DNA of 64,000 nucleotides from Macrostomum lignano (Eukaryota): NCBI GenBank assembly GCA_002269645.1, contig NIVC01001378.1, positions 1 to 64,000 of the forward strand, read 5' to 3'. Shown piece by piece: positions 26,890 to 40,349 of this stretch (position 1 is its first letter; each line of letters starts with the position of its first letter). The notes under the pieces were generated by a model. It saw only the letters and a program-made list of their open reading frames with translations, ran no database searches and was not told where the DNA came from. The position numbers and the translations under genes were made by a program.

Positions 26890-27240
26890 GGGCAGGGGCT
26901 GTGTACCCTGGTGCACTTTAAGCGACATTGTCACACAAACGGCGAGAGGCATCACTGCCCATTCCGCCGACTCCCCAGAGCAGGCACACAAGCGCGCGGA
27001 TACGTACGCAGTCATACGCGCAGGCACACACTCACCGTAGTGTACAGCAGCCCTAACTTTATTTATCGTTAGGCATGTACACTTCACTGTGCCGTGGGGG
27101 TTGGCCCTTAAGGGCATTAATTGCACGAGCAGAGCCAAGCCGAGATTCCAATGTAGCCCCAAATTAATGTGACTGCACTTGGAATCGAGCCTGGGCCGCT
27201 GGCACATCAGAGCGCAGCGCTAGACCACTAGGCTACGGCC
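26890..27240 (-). mobile_element. tRNA-derived SINE, longer copy
   Basis: Minus strand reads GGCCGTAGCCTAGTGGTCTAGCGCTGCGCTCTGATGTGCCAGCGGCCCAGGCTCGATTCC (A and B boxes). A second copy lies at 18178-18367. The 3' boundary is approximate. Confidence 0.8.
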
Positions 27241-28000
27241 TCCTTTACATATTTTCATCTATCTATCTATATATATCTTGTATTGTCTTGTATCATGGCA
27301 ATCCGCTAAAATTGACCATAACTGTTTATGACTATGGATTTGAGGGCTGGAATAAGTGAAATCCGAGGTCTGCAAAATCTGTCATGTCTCATTATTTCGA
27401 TCCGAGGGCGCCGCTATGTAAGGATTGACCATAAATGAAACTACCGGAATTGGAATTAATAATCCAAACTGAGCGCGAATACGTCTGTCGTCGATGATCA
27501 GTGGTTGTGATTGCCAATATATATCCTGGACCTCAATGACGTGGAAACTTTTTTGGAATCCGAAACAAGATTTACAAGAATGAGACAACATCAAACAGGT
27601 TGAACAGTCGTCAAAGTCGACATTTACCTTAGCAACCGGCCACCTTACCACCTTTAGTCGGCTGTGGCTGCACATCAACTAACACGGATCGAAGCCGTGT
27701 GAGAAATACAGTTTACTTGTCGGCACAGATTCTACATTTAATGAAATATTCTTCTAACGACGTATTGTTTAAAAATGTACTTCTGTTATGTTGACAGCAT
27801 CATACTGTTTGTTAAATTTATATTTTTCTACGCCAATAATGCCATAGACTATACCGCGATCACATATCGACGATTCCGTGGGTCGTGCGGTCCGCAAAAT
27901 CGTGGGAAAACACACGCGTTACGTTATATTGCTTTCGTGAAATCGTTACTCTACAGATCCCAATGTGCGGCTGCTTGGCAAGTTCGGATTTCGCAAAGTT

Positions 28001-28225
28001 ATGAATTCACAGCGCCTGGTGCAGTTCTATAGCACAGTCATCGCACTGGCAATGTGGGCCACATACTACTACCATTCCGTGTCCGCCTGTTCGCACCTGC
28101 CAATTTCTACTGACGATTGCCAGCTAACTGGAGGATTCTGCGTGTTCCATAGCGATTGCTGCAACAACAATTGTTCGTGCGCTTGCAGAGACTATTGCAC
28201 AGGCAATTGCAGAGGCTGCTACTGA
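28001..28225 (+). CDS. Small secreted cysteine-rich peptide, inhibitor-cystine-knot / conotoxin-like framework (74 aa)
   Basis: MNSQRLVQFYSTVIALAMWATYYYHSVSACSHLPISTDDCQLTGGFCVFHSDCCNNNCSCACRDYCTGNCRGCY. Hydrophobic N-terminus, C-X6-C-X5-CC-X3-C core, 11 Cys in total, and ATTAAA about 30 nt after the stop. Confidence 0.7.
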   Translation: MNSQRLVQFYSTVIALAMWATYYYHSVSACSHLPISTDDCQLTGGFCVFHSDCCNNNCSCACRDYCTGNCRGCY

Positions 28226-28946
28226 TTCCAATTTACTAAATACCGTAGTACATGTATTAAATCAGCGCAATGATATTATAGTTATAATTGAGTGCGATAT
28301 CAAATACTAATACAGAACTCCTGATATTTGTTTTCCATTGTAATTTAGACACTATTCTATATTTTCTGTGTAATTTTTAATATTAGTGTACACTTATACT
28401 CTAGAGCTGATAATAATATAAGTACAGTAACTATAGTGCAATGAACTTGTGGATTGATATTAATGCGCATGTACATAAACCACTTGGCTGCACCTGTACT
28501 TGTACATGTACAATATATAATCCTTACACTTTTATGTATGCAATGACTAATACGAGTCGATAAAATTAACTAAATGCATTCCTTGCTCATAAACTGAGGC
28601 GATCCTAATTAGTGAATTAATGTCTAACAACCAGTGACGACAGGTTACTGTAATTTAATCAATCAAGCTGAGCTATTATTAATATCAGTAGATAAGTTGT
28701 CTTCGACTGCTATCGCCATGACAAATAAAGAGCTGTGTACGTAAAAGTAGACACTGAGTGTAGCCTTTGCGTTCTGTACTGTATTTTTAATTTTCTCTCT
28801 CCTCTTATCTAATCAGTCTCGGTGCTAAATTAAATTAATATAAAGTTGGCCATTGGCTAAAGCTATAGAGCTACAGATTATTTGGGTATATAAGAGATTT
28901 CTATGCGACCAAATAATATTACAAGATTCAACAGGTAAAAACTGTA

Positions 28947-31900
28947 ATGAGCAGTGCCAGCGGCGTTACTGTAGAAATGCGCAGCAATCTTATTGAACCA
29001 AATCGAGTCAGCCCGGAGCCGCGGGCCAGCAACCAGGGGCAGCAGTATTCGAAGGGTTCAGAGCTCAGGCCAACCAGTTCAGGCTTGGGATGTTGCGGCT
29101 ACCTGCTAGTAGCGCTGGCTGTACTTCTGACACTGCTAACCCTGCCGCTGTCTATGCTTGTGTTCATTAAAGTAAGGAAAACATGCATTGTAGTATTGTT
29201 TTACAGACTTTGCTAAATCGGCGACTTGTGAGAATTTTCCGTTATCGACAGTTTTGGTCACGTGATCGTAACTGCAGTCATGGACTGGTGGAGTCATGGA
29301 CTGGTGGAGTCATGGACTGGTTGAGTCATGGACTGGGCTGAGTCATGGACTGGCTGAGTCATGGACTGGCTGAGTCATGGACTGGCTGAGTCATGGACTA
29401 GTTGAGCCATTAACTGGTTGAGTCATGGACTAGCTGAGTCATGGACTGGCTGAGTCATGGACTGGCTGAGTCATGGACTGGCTGAGTCATGGACTGGCTG
29501 AGTCATGGACTGGCTGAGTCATGGACTGGCTGAGTCATGGACTGGCTGAGTCATGGACTGGTTGAGCCATTAACTGGTTGAGTCATGGACTGCATGGTTT
29601 AATAATGGACTGGCTGAGTACGAGATAATGGACTGGTTGAGTACGAGATAATGGACTGGTTGAGTACGAGATAATGGACTGGTTGAGTACGAGATAATGG
29701 ACTGGTTGAGTACGAGATAATGGACTGGTTGAGTACGAGATAATAGACTGGTTGAGTACGAGATAATAGACTGTTTGAGTACGAGATAATGGACTGGTTG
29801 AGTCATGGACTGGTTGAGTCATGGACTGATTGAGTGATGGACTGGTTGAGTCATGGACTGGTTGAGTCATAGACTGGTTGAATCATGGATGGACTGGTTG
29901 AGTCATGGATGGACTGGCTGAGTCATGGAATACATGGTTGATGCATGAACTGGTTGAGTCATGGTCTGTTTAGGTCATTAGATCAAGACCTTATTGGTCC
30001 TGCACTTGTCCGTTCGTTGACAGTATTAGTCAAGCCCCGATTTAATCATGGACAGTCGTGAGGAGATTTTTGAACAAATTAGGCCTTTGACCTGGATATG
30101 AATGATTACCTTCCAGATCATCAAGGAGTACGAGAGGGCGGTGATCTTCCGTCTTGGCCGAATTGTGTCCGGCAGGGCCAAGGGTCCCGGCCTGTTTCTG
30201 ATTGTGCCCTGCGTTGATCAAATACGAATTGTGGACCTGAGGACTTTGATGTTTGATGTGCCGCCTCAGGCGGTAAGTTTCCACGATTTGTCTGTTATCT
30301 TTTGCTACAGCATCTATAATTAGTTTTAGATGTAAGTTATGTGCAGTTAGATACTACTAAGCTACCCTTCCCTTTGGAGGTAGCAAAAACAGCTGTATTA
30401 ACTTATTATATCTGGAACAACACACTGGTAAGCATATTGATCGTTCCAAATGTACTTTTAAAGTTAGATGCATCACGGATTCGCCGTAATATAGCGGCGC
30501 AGACTATTTACATGTATATGGAGAAAGTTAAGAATAATTCATTACAAGAAAAAACTTATTGCATTCCAGATTCTAACAAGAGACTCAGTGACAGTATCCG
30601 TTGACGCGGTAGTTTACTACAAAGTTGTTAATCCGATCTTATCAGTGACAGCCGTGTCAGATGTTGACTCGTCGACAAAATATCTGGCTCAGACTACGTT
30701 AAGAAATGTTCTGGGGTCCAGAACTCTTAGTGAGATATTAAGCGAGAGGGACGCCATGAGTCAGAGCATTTCGGTGAGGTCTTTTAACTTTGTCATGCAA
30801 TTATATGGGCTCTACTTGACTTTTGTGGGGTGTTGTTGGGCTGCGCGGATGAGTGCTGGTGTCACTTGCGTACACTTCACTTTTGTGGGGTGTTGTTGGA
30901 CTGCGGATGAGTGCTAGTGTCACTTGCGTACACTTGACTTTTGTGGGGTGTTGCTGAACTGCAGATGAGTGCTAGTGTCACATTGCGTACACTTGACTTT
31001 TGTGGGGTGTTGTTGGACTGCGCGGATGAGTGCTGGTGTCACTTGCGTACACTTCACTTTTGTGGGGTGTTGTTGGACTGCAGATGAATGTTAGTGTCAC
31101 TTGCGTACACTTCACTTTTGTGGGGTGTTGTTGGACTGCAGATGAATGTTAGTGTCACTTGCGTACACTTCACTTTTGTGGGGTGTTGTTGGACTGCAGA
31201 TGAATGTTAGTGTCACTTGCGTACACTTCACTTTTGTGGGGTGTTGTTGGACTGCGCGGATGAGTGCTGGTGTCACTTGCGTACACTTCACTTTTGTGGG
31301 GTGTTGTTGGACTGCAGATGAATGTTAGTGTCACTTGCGTACACTTCACTTTTGTGGGGTGTTGTTGGACTGCAGATGAATGTTAGTGTCACTTGCGTAC
31401 ACTTCACTTTTGTGGGGTGTTGTTGGACTGCAGATGAATGTTAGTGTCACTTGCGTACACTTCACTTTTGTGGGGTGTTGTTGGACTGCAAATGAGTGCT
31501 GGTGTCACTTGCGTACACTTCACTTTTGTGGGGTGTTGTTGGACTGCAGATGAATGTTAGTGTCACTTGCGTACACTTCACTTTTGTGGGGTGTTGTTGG
31601 ACTGCAGATGAATGTTAGTGTCACTTGCGTACACTTCACTTTTGTGGGGTGTTGTTGGACTGCAAATGAGTGCTGGTGTCACTTGCGTACACTTCACTTT
31701 TGTCGGGCGTTGGGCTGTGGATAAGTCGATCTTATCACGTGATCATGAAACCATAGACGGAAAATTATCAACGTCTTACAGAGCATCCTAGATGAAGCAA
31801 CTGATCCATGGGGCGTAAAAGTCGAACGCGTGGAAGTGTAAGGATCGCTTGTGCAGAGCATGCTCAATATTCTAAATATTCCGTTCCACCCTGAACACAT

Positions 31901-32745
31901 CCTAAAAAATAACGTTTTTGGCAAATTTACAGAAAAGACGTGCGTCTACCGCAACAGTTGCAGCGTTCCATGGCTGCCGAGGCGGAAGCCAACAGGGATG
32001 CTAAAGCTAAAGTAAGTAGTGTGCGACGTCAAGTGGTACGAAAGGAATTGGGTACATCCTTCGTCATACTACGTCATAGGTTAATTCACGAATATAAGGC
32101 AAGATTCATGGTCATTCCTAATCACTAACAGACAGACAAGTGGTCATTCTTCATCACTAACAGACAGACAAGTGGTCATTCTTCATCACTAACAGACAGA
32201 CAAGTGGTCATTCTTCATCACTAACAGACAGACGTGGTCATTCTTCATCACTAACAGACAGACAAGTGGTCATTCTTTATCACTAACAGACAGACAAGTG
32301 GCCATTCTTCATCACTAACAGACAGACAAGTGGTCATTCTTTATCACTAACAGACAGACAAGTGGTCATTCTTCATCACTACCAGACTGACCGATGGCCA
32401 TTTTTCATCACTAACAGACAGACAGATGGCCCATTCTTCGTCACTAGAAGAGAGACAGATGATCATATTTAGTATGAATAATTTATACTATCCCAAAGTG
32501 TGTTCAAACCAAGTCAGCCTCACTGACCTCTATCCCACCAGGTGATCGCAGCCGACGGTGAGATGAAGGCCTCCAGATCGCTGAAAGAAGCCGCCGACAT
32601 CATGAGCGAATCTCCGGCCGCGCTGCAGCTGCGCTATCTTCAAACTCTGACAACAATTTCTGCTGAGAAAAATTCTACTGTTATTTTTCCTCTACCAATC
32701 GAAATTCTGTCTCACTTTAATGCCGGAAGAACCAAGGTTGGCTAA
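28947..32745 (+). CDS. STOM: Stomatin / band-7 (MEC-2-like) SPFH membrane protein. Exons: 28947-29171, 30117-30272, 30570-30773, 31782-31837, 31933-32011, 32542-32745
   Basis: Hydrophobic hairpin, [98 protein letters not shown] and [11 protein letters not shown]. Junctions are phase-consistent GT-AG. Confidence 0.96.
29276..29965. repeat. 16-bp minisatellite (GAGTCATGGACTGGCT) with a central block of 23-bp variants
   Basis: Tandem array in stomatin intron 1. Confidence 0.95.
30813..31702. repeat. 58-bp minisatellite, ~15 copies
   Basis: Unit GATGAATGTTAGTGTCACTTGCGTACACTTCACTTTTGTGGGGTGTTGTTGGACTGCA in stomatin intron 3. Confidence 0.96.
32109..32467. repeat. 32-bp minisatellite, ~11 copies
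   Basis: Unit TCATTCTTCATCACTAACAGACAGACAAGTGG in stomatin intron 5. Confidence 0.94.
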
Positions 32746-33086
32746 GTAAGCACCCGGAGTTCAAGCTCGTAACTCGAAAAGCGCTGAAACTTCTTCAACT
32801 TGAAGTTATGCTTAAAAAACTTTCTGTGATTCAATATTTCGCAATCGATTTTTACTACTTCTATTTTGATTAGAATCTGTGCAAAAATCACATGTAATTC
32901 ATGATTCCTTGCTTGCAAATAAACAAAATTTTATGTTCTGAATCAACTTTGTAATTAATCAGTCTCTAGGGCTCATATTGCACGTATTTTTGAAACGTAA
33001 AATACAAATACAAATTTCCATTCTACTCACGTGAGTAGTGTAAGCTCGTATGATATTTAACCTCTGTTATGATATTTAATGTGTCT

Positions 33087-33400
33087 GGGGTGGAGATGTG
33101 TCTCTGGGGTGGAGATGTGCCTCTGCGGTGGAGATGTGTCTCTGGGGTGGAGATGCGTCTCTGGGGTGGAGATGTGTCTCTGGGGTGGAGATGTGTCTCT
33201 GGGGTGGAGATTGTGTCTGGGTGCAGATATGTGCCTCTGGGGTTGAGATATGTGTCTGGGGTGGAGATGAGTCTCTGGGGTGGATGAGTCTCTGGGTGGA
33301 GATATGCGCCTCTGGGGTGGAGATGTGTCTCTGGGATGAAGATATATGTGTCTCTGGGGTGGAGATGTGTCTCTGGGATGGAGATATATGTGTGGATAGG
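33087..33400. repeat. 19-bp G-rich minisatellite (GGGGTGGAGATGTGTCTCT)
   Basis: Imperfect tandem array downstream of stomatin. Confidence 0.9.
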
Positions 33401-34789
33401 GGTGGATATGTGAAGAAGCGTGCGCCGTGTAGAACTGTTAAAGTCCTTCAGGCGTTTAAATAAACTCGATATTTGTGAACAGCTCATTGCATAAACCGTA
33501 TAGGATTGACATTAATCGATTGCGCACAGCTGAGTACGTTGATGATGTATTTTAAACATTGCAACAACACATAAATCTGGCCTTATATTTAAATTGATTT
33601 TATTTTAATGTTACTAAAATTAAATATAATTTTGCTAAACGGAATCAAGCGCGAAGATTAACTAAAAGCAGCTTTGAGAAAGCATTAATTAAAGTTAAAA
33701 ACTAAAACATTTTTTTTCCGCGTAGAATATGCTTGTGTGTACGAACGCGGACACTGACACAATAAGAAGGTTGTGAAATCTTGGAGGAGGGGTGGGGCGC
33801 CCAGCCAATTACAGAATGAGTTTTAAAACGGGGTTGGCGAGCTAAAAATCGATCAAACCAATCGCGTGTACATTTTCTCAGGAATAGGGGTAGAATTAAA
33901 TTGCACCCCAGACTGGGCAACGTACATGTACGGAGAACGATCAATGTACACGTATAGATCGGATTGTACATATATTTTGTTTTTTGGGGTACAGATAATA
34001 AGCAAAATAAAAACCTTGGGAAAAATTACGTTAGACGGAAAACAAGCCGCGACCATTCAAAAATTAAATGAATTAAAGTTTTTTTAATTCATAGTAAATA
34101 GCAAACTACACTACTACCGAAAGTAGCTCACTGCAAATTTATTCAATAAAGTTAAACTTGAACGAAAAAACAAGCGCCGTACGCCGAGGCTATGCAGAAC
34201 AGAAGCAGAAGATTTCTTGTTGCTATGCTGCCAATTGAAATTTTACTGTTGTTATCTCCGCTTTTCACTGAAATTGGTGGATTGGGTAGACGAGCAAAAT
34301 GCGATATATATTCACGCCTTTTGGCTAGGTCTCTGCACATCCATCAAGCGATATCCTCTCAGCTGAGGGATGAATAAATTAAATACGTGCTGCATCAGAG
34401 AGAAGGATCCGGCCCAAGCAAGCATTCGAGCCTCGGGATTGGTGCAACTTATCTGTTTAAAAACCAACCCAATGCAAGCTGTGACGGCGAGAGACTGGGA
34501 GAGACCGGGAAGAGAGAGATGGAGAAGAGCTCAGATCTCTGGAGCTTTCCCAACACGAGCTAGGAAAGAGATTAATCGTTAGATTCAGCGTGCACTTTTC
34601 ATAGCTCCGACAGAGTGACTTGCTCTGCAAGAAGGACGGGATCTGGCCCGGGCTTTTATCTATATTGATCTCATGTGCAATCCGACACCGATTGGTCTGT
34701 CTGACTGTTCGCTGTCGAATTTAGGAGACAATACGTTAAGGGAAGAGGCTGAGCCTCGAAATTCAAGTTGGTGTGTGGAAATTGAGGCT

Positions 34790-34980
34790 AATAGGAAGTA
34801 GAGAGAGGGTGAAGGGAGAGAGGTCGAGGGGAGAGAGTGAGGGGAGAGAAGGCGAGGCGCGAGAGGGTGGGGGAGAGAGAATGGGAGGAGAGAGAAGTAG
34901 CGAGAGAATGAGATGGGAGACTTTAGGTGACAAGAAAGAGATTGAGAGTGTGTAGAGGGTTAGAGAGAGAGAAAAGGAGT
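34790..34980. repeat. GA-rich polypurine low-complexity tract
   Basis: Almost pure G/A on the plus strand. Confidence 0.75.
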
Positions 34981-36707
34981 CGTGAATGAATAAGGTGCTG
35001 AGAAGGTCAGAGAAGAATTAAGCCAGTTGAGAGGATATAGGAGAGGTTAAGCTGGAGTCACGCTATACTAAAAGGTCAGAGTGAGTCAGCCCAGATAGAA
35101 ACAGATCGAGGCAAAACGAGAGTCAGAAAAAAGATACAATGATGCTACATCGATACGCATGAAGCCGACTGTACAACAGAGTAAAAAGAGTAGAGGCGAG
35201 AGCAAGAGATGCCACAATTTGATGAGCGCACAACTCGCGAGGCAGAGTAACTCATCTCGTTCTCGAGCTAAAAGTACAATTGACATAATATCTAGTGTAT
35301 ATATGCAGGCATTTATACCAGTAGCTATGATGTGTCATATTATAACATTTTTCCGATCGTTATTTTTGGGATTCGATCGAGCTACTGTCATGCTTCTAAA
35401 ACTGCGCAGACTTCTACAGTGACTGTGGTGCGCGCTCGCCTCTGCTAAAGCGCGCAATTGAAGTCACTTTGAGCATTGGAGCAGTTGACTTAATCCAGAG
35501 TGTCAGAACGCTACACCGAGTCTATGGCCCAAAAGTTTCACTTGGTGAGCAAAGACTTCATCTTTGGAGCATTAGCTTAGTCCTCTTGTGTCTAGGGCCC
35601 ATTTCGTAAAGCACTAGTCGGACAAGTTACAAATGACAAGGGACAAACGGAATTAGACAAATCATAAGCGCTTCTTCAGAGGTTTCGTCCATAGACATGC
35701 ACTTAGATGGATGCTTATTTGTGAAAATATTTCCTACTGTCTTGTGCAGTGTTTTGACAAGTCGCTGTGACACTTGTAGCTTTATTAAAGCTGTGAATCA
35801 AAGTCCAGGAAGAACGCAGGGGCCGTCTTTAAAGCGAGTCTGTCTTAAAACACAGATCCTAAAATTGTGGTCTGTGGTCTAAAGGCGTTTCAACCATAGA
35901 CATGAATTGGGTTAAAATTGAGCTTATTTTTGTTTTCTGAAATCGGCCATCATTTTGGCCATAGACTCGGGGCAGCAGTTGTCTTGAGTGCATGCTGAAT
36001 GCAAAAATCTATTATTATTTGGTATAAAAGTACAACCAAGCGGATGCAGCATTACTAATAATCCTCATCTGCGGTGTTAGAAAGCCGTATTAAGTATTAA
36101 GAGATGATTATAGGGGATATCTTTGAAAGCTTATAGTAATCCTCCCAGCTCTTCTCCCTTTTCTCTTACCCCCGCGCCTCCCACTCAAACCTCTCGTCTT
36201 GTCCAGCCTCGCAGCGATAGCCCAAGTTCATATAAAAAAGTTACTTTCGACCAGAAACACAGTAGAATAGAATAGAGAGGGTTAGTGGCCTCGAACAGGG
36301 CGAATTCGGCAATGCATATTCTGTGTACTCCCCTCCCCCCGGCCCCTTGTTTCCCGGGGCGCTGCTGCACGTTCAGTCAGATAATAACAACCCCCCCCCC
36401 CTAATTCCTGTCACACTCGACCAGCTGCTGCCTTGCCGGGAGTTGCTAGGCAAATGGGATGGGAACCCACCTTTCCTTCTGCAGGAATCCCAGGTGCAAA
36501 TTCGCGCTGCAGCCAGTCATGAGGAGTTGGGTGCAGTAATAAAAATCTTGATGAAGCCCGAATAAATGAAAAAGAAGCCCTGCTGCAGACTGGATGACTG
36601 CCGTGCGGAGCCTGCACCCTGCCACACGAATCCCCGCTCCCTTCTAGATTGTTAAAGCCATTCGCATTACATATCGGTAGGGGATAGGAAAATTATGGTA
36701 GGCAATG

Positions 36708-37365
<658 letters not shown>

Positions 37366-37682
37366 CGACCCTGTTTCTGTCTCGTACTTCTTCCTGTCCA
37401 CAACGGTGCCAGCAATCGATGCCCCGCTATTCAGTGAGAGCAGGCGCTGGGTGCATAAAAGTCTGCTTAAGACAGCTCGAATGCGTCCCTTCTTGACTGT
37501 CCATTGCAGAAGCTTTTTCTGAAAGCTAATCAATCTAAAAGCTTTTTTAGAAGCAGAAGATGAAAAATTGTGTTTTTAAAAGACGCTCTGCCCTTTCGAT
37601 TTGTTTTGCTCTGACGAAAAAATTCGAAGGTTCTTTACAATCAAAGTACTCGTAAGTGTTTATAGAGAGTATTTTAAGGTGT

Positions 37683-38084
<402 letters not shown>

Positions 38085-40349
38085 GTAGTTATATTATATC
38101 TGGTGCCAGATTGCCTTAGTTAGAGTAAAGCTCTGATGAATATCTGATGAGTAGATATTCCCCATGCAACTAGAGGGAAAGCTTTAGAAATCCATAATTT
38201 ATGTAAAGGCTTGGAGGCTGTACTGTACTCCATCACAGGCTGCTCACTTTGCACCCAAGCAACAGAAACCCTCTAAGGCGATAAAGCATCTGGTCAGGGG
38301 GTTTCTGTGGCAGCTGGGCTGGGGTGCTTGCGTGCTTCAATATAGCTACAGAGAAAAGAAGAATAGCTAAAGAGAAACGAGAACTCTTGGATAGGGATCT
38401 TTTCCCTTCTAGGAAGGAGAGAGGCAGACAGGCGCGTGTGCGCGTGACAGCAGACTGGGCGGCTGGAGGGGCGTGACAACTAAAAGAAGAAGATACACAG
38501 AGAGAAGAAGAGTTGCTGCAGTAAAAAATGAGAAGAGGGGGAAGGACTGTGGGCGAGAATTGCTATTCACTTTGAGCCATCAACCCACCTTCTCTCGCTC
38601 TCTCTCCCGCCTGTGAGGTCATCTCGGGTCAGTGGGGAAAAGAAGGAATTGGAGCAGTTGAAGAAGAAGAGTAGAGAAATGGAGTTGTTGTCGTTTTTTC
38701 ATGTCCAAAATTTAAAAAAAATGAGGGAGGTCTAAAATAGATGGTTGCCATCTACATCTAGAATTTCCTAGCTGTGCCCAGAATCCCGAAATCAACAACA
38801 AATAACTTGATAGGCAAGTCCTTAGTCAAACAGTCCTCCTGCGGACGGTGGGAAGTCAAGCTCGCCAAAGTTTAGCAGAGAGGAATCGAACGGTAAAGTC
38901 AATATTTAATTTAGCGGAGTCAGCTCGGTGGATGGTGGATGCCATCACTATTCGGCAATGCATCAATGTCTTCGCCGAGACGGCCGAGAGAACGAGAAAG
39001 AGCAAGAGAGATTACGTAATCGCTCAGCATCTTCCTAATATAAGCTTGGCGTTGGTTTTTCATGCTAGCCATCAATTCACTGCAATCCTGGCACACTTCA
39101 TTTATCAGCTCTCTTTTGCATCCCAGAGTTACTCCCCCTCCAAAAAAGTCTTCCAGATGGGTCCCGAGGAGACTCGAGGCTACAGTGAAACTGCCCAAAA
39201 ATATTAATAAAGAACGACAAAAGAAAGTTGCATATAGGAGAAATTTCTAAGGGTGAAGCGGCAAATTTGCATATCATATTATTGATCTGCAATATCAATT
39301 CGTGCCAAGCTAAAAAAGCTGCAATTCATAGTCCCGGGCTCCCTGGCCCCAAGTTGCACATAAGTGGCCCCCCAAACCTCTCAGCTCTCCGTGGCTTTGG
39401 AATTGAATTCTAGATGAGCTGGGGATAAATTTCCCGTTGGGAAAAATCTGAACCTCGGATCTCATCAGGCTAAGAGCGGCTTCGTGCTTCGGTTCATTCA
39501 AGACGGCATCAGTCGGTGGCGACTTGAAGTGGGGGCGCAGGGCAAGCTTCACTGCCTGCTTTGTGAACAGAAAATGTCATTAATTAGATTTCTAGATTGA
39601 CTTTGAATTCTATGAGGAATATCTTGGTTCCTTTGTTCCTTTGGGACGAAGCCTCGGGTTGGAAGCAGGTCAACTGGAATAAATATAGTTTCGACTCTTA
39701 ATCAAGTTTGATGTACTTTTCTGAGGATGTCGTGTCGAAAAAAGAACTTCCTTGAATTTAGCGTAACGGCTTTCGATTTTGGCATTTAACGGGTCACTGT
39801 TTATCTAAAGCAACTGTAGACAATAATTTAAGTACATTTACGTCATTCAGTAGAGATAGTTGCTCTTGATTGGTGATAAATTGGGTGTCACAGTGTCTTA
39901 TCGACTAAGTTCTAATACTTGTCATACACTGGCGAAGCTAGCGCCATTGACTTTTCTTATCGGAAGCATTGATCCGAGTTTATTGTATGCAAAAGCCGAA
40001 ATGGATGCTACAGAGAGTAGGAAATCGCGAAACCTAGTCCAGGACTGCAGCAGTGCTTGCTGGATGGTGGCGAAGTTGCATTCAGTGTTGGACAATTTTC
40101 GAACACGGACTTTCTAATCCGTATTTGGAATCAATCGTCCAACTTTTCGGTCAAAATCTTCCTCACTTCCTAGGTTTCCGAAAATCATTTTGAAGTATCA
40201 GCTTTTAAGTATCGTCTTGGGGAAATACAAAGGCAAGCAAAATACAAACGAAATTACATTTGTTTCACTTCCTTCGAATTCAGTCATGTTGCCAGGCAAC
40301 AATCAAATCGGTGCCAAACACATGCTAAGCGCTACTGCTGCAGAACTTA

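Noticed and set aside
27170-27240. tRNA gene (also 18300-18367 and 46365-46437)
   Set aside because: A/B boxes are present but I could not form a full cloverleaf, and each head continues into a SINE body.
33480-36700. Short ORFs as exons of an additional gene (e.g. 34192-34377, 35159-35422, 36323-36565)
   Set aside because: They show no recognisable motif, and I could not build a phase-consistent exon chain.
38105-38185. Hammerhead-ribozyme-like motif (two CTGATGA and a hairpin GAATATCT/AGATATTC)
   Set aside because: Stem II is not followed by the required GAAA, and no stem I/III with an NUH site forms. CTGATGA at ~10693 and ~11237 fails in the same way.
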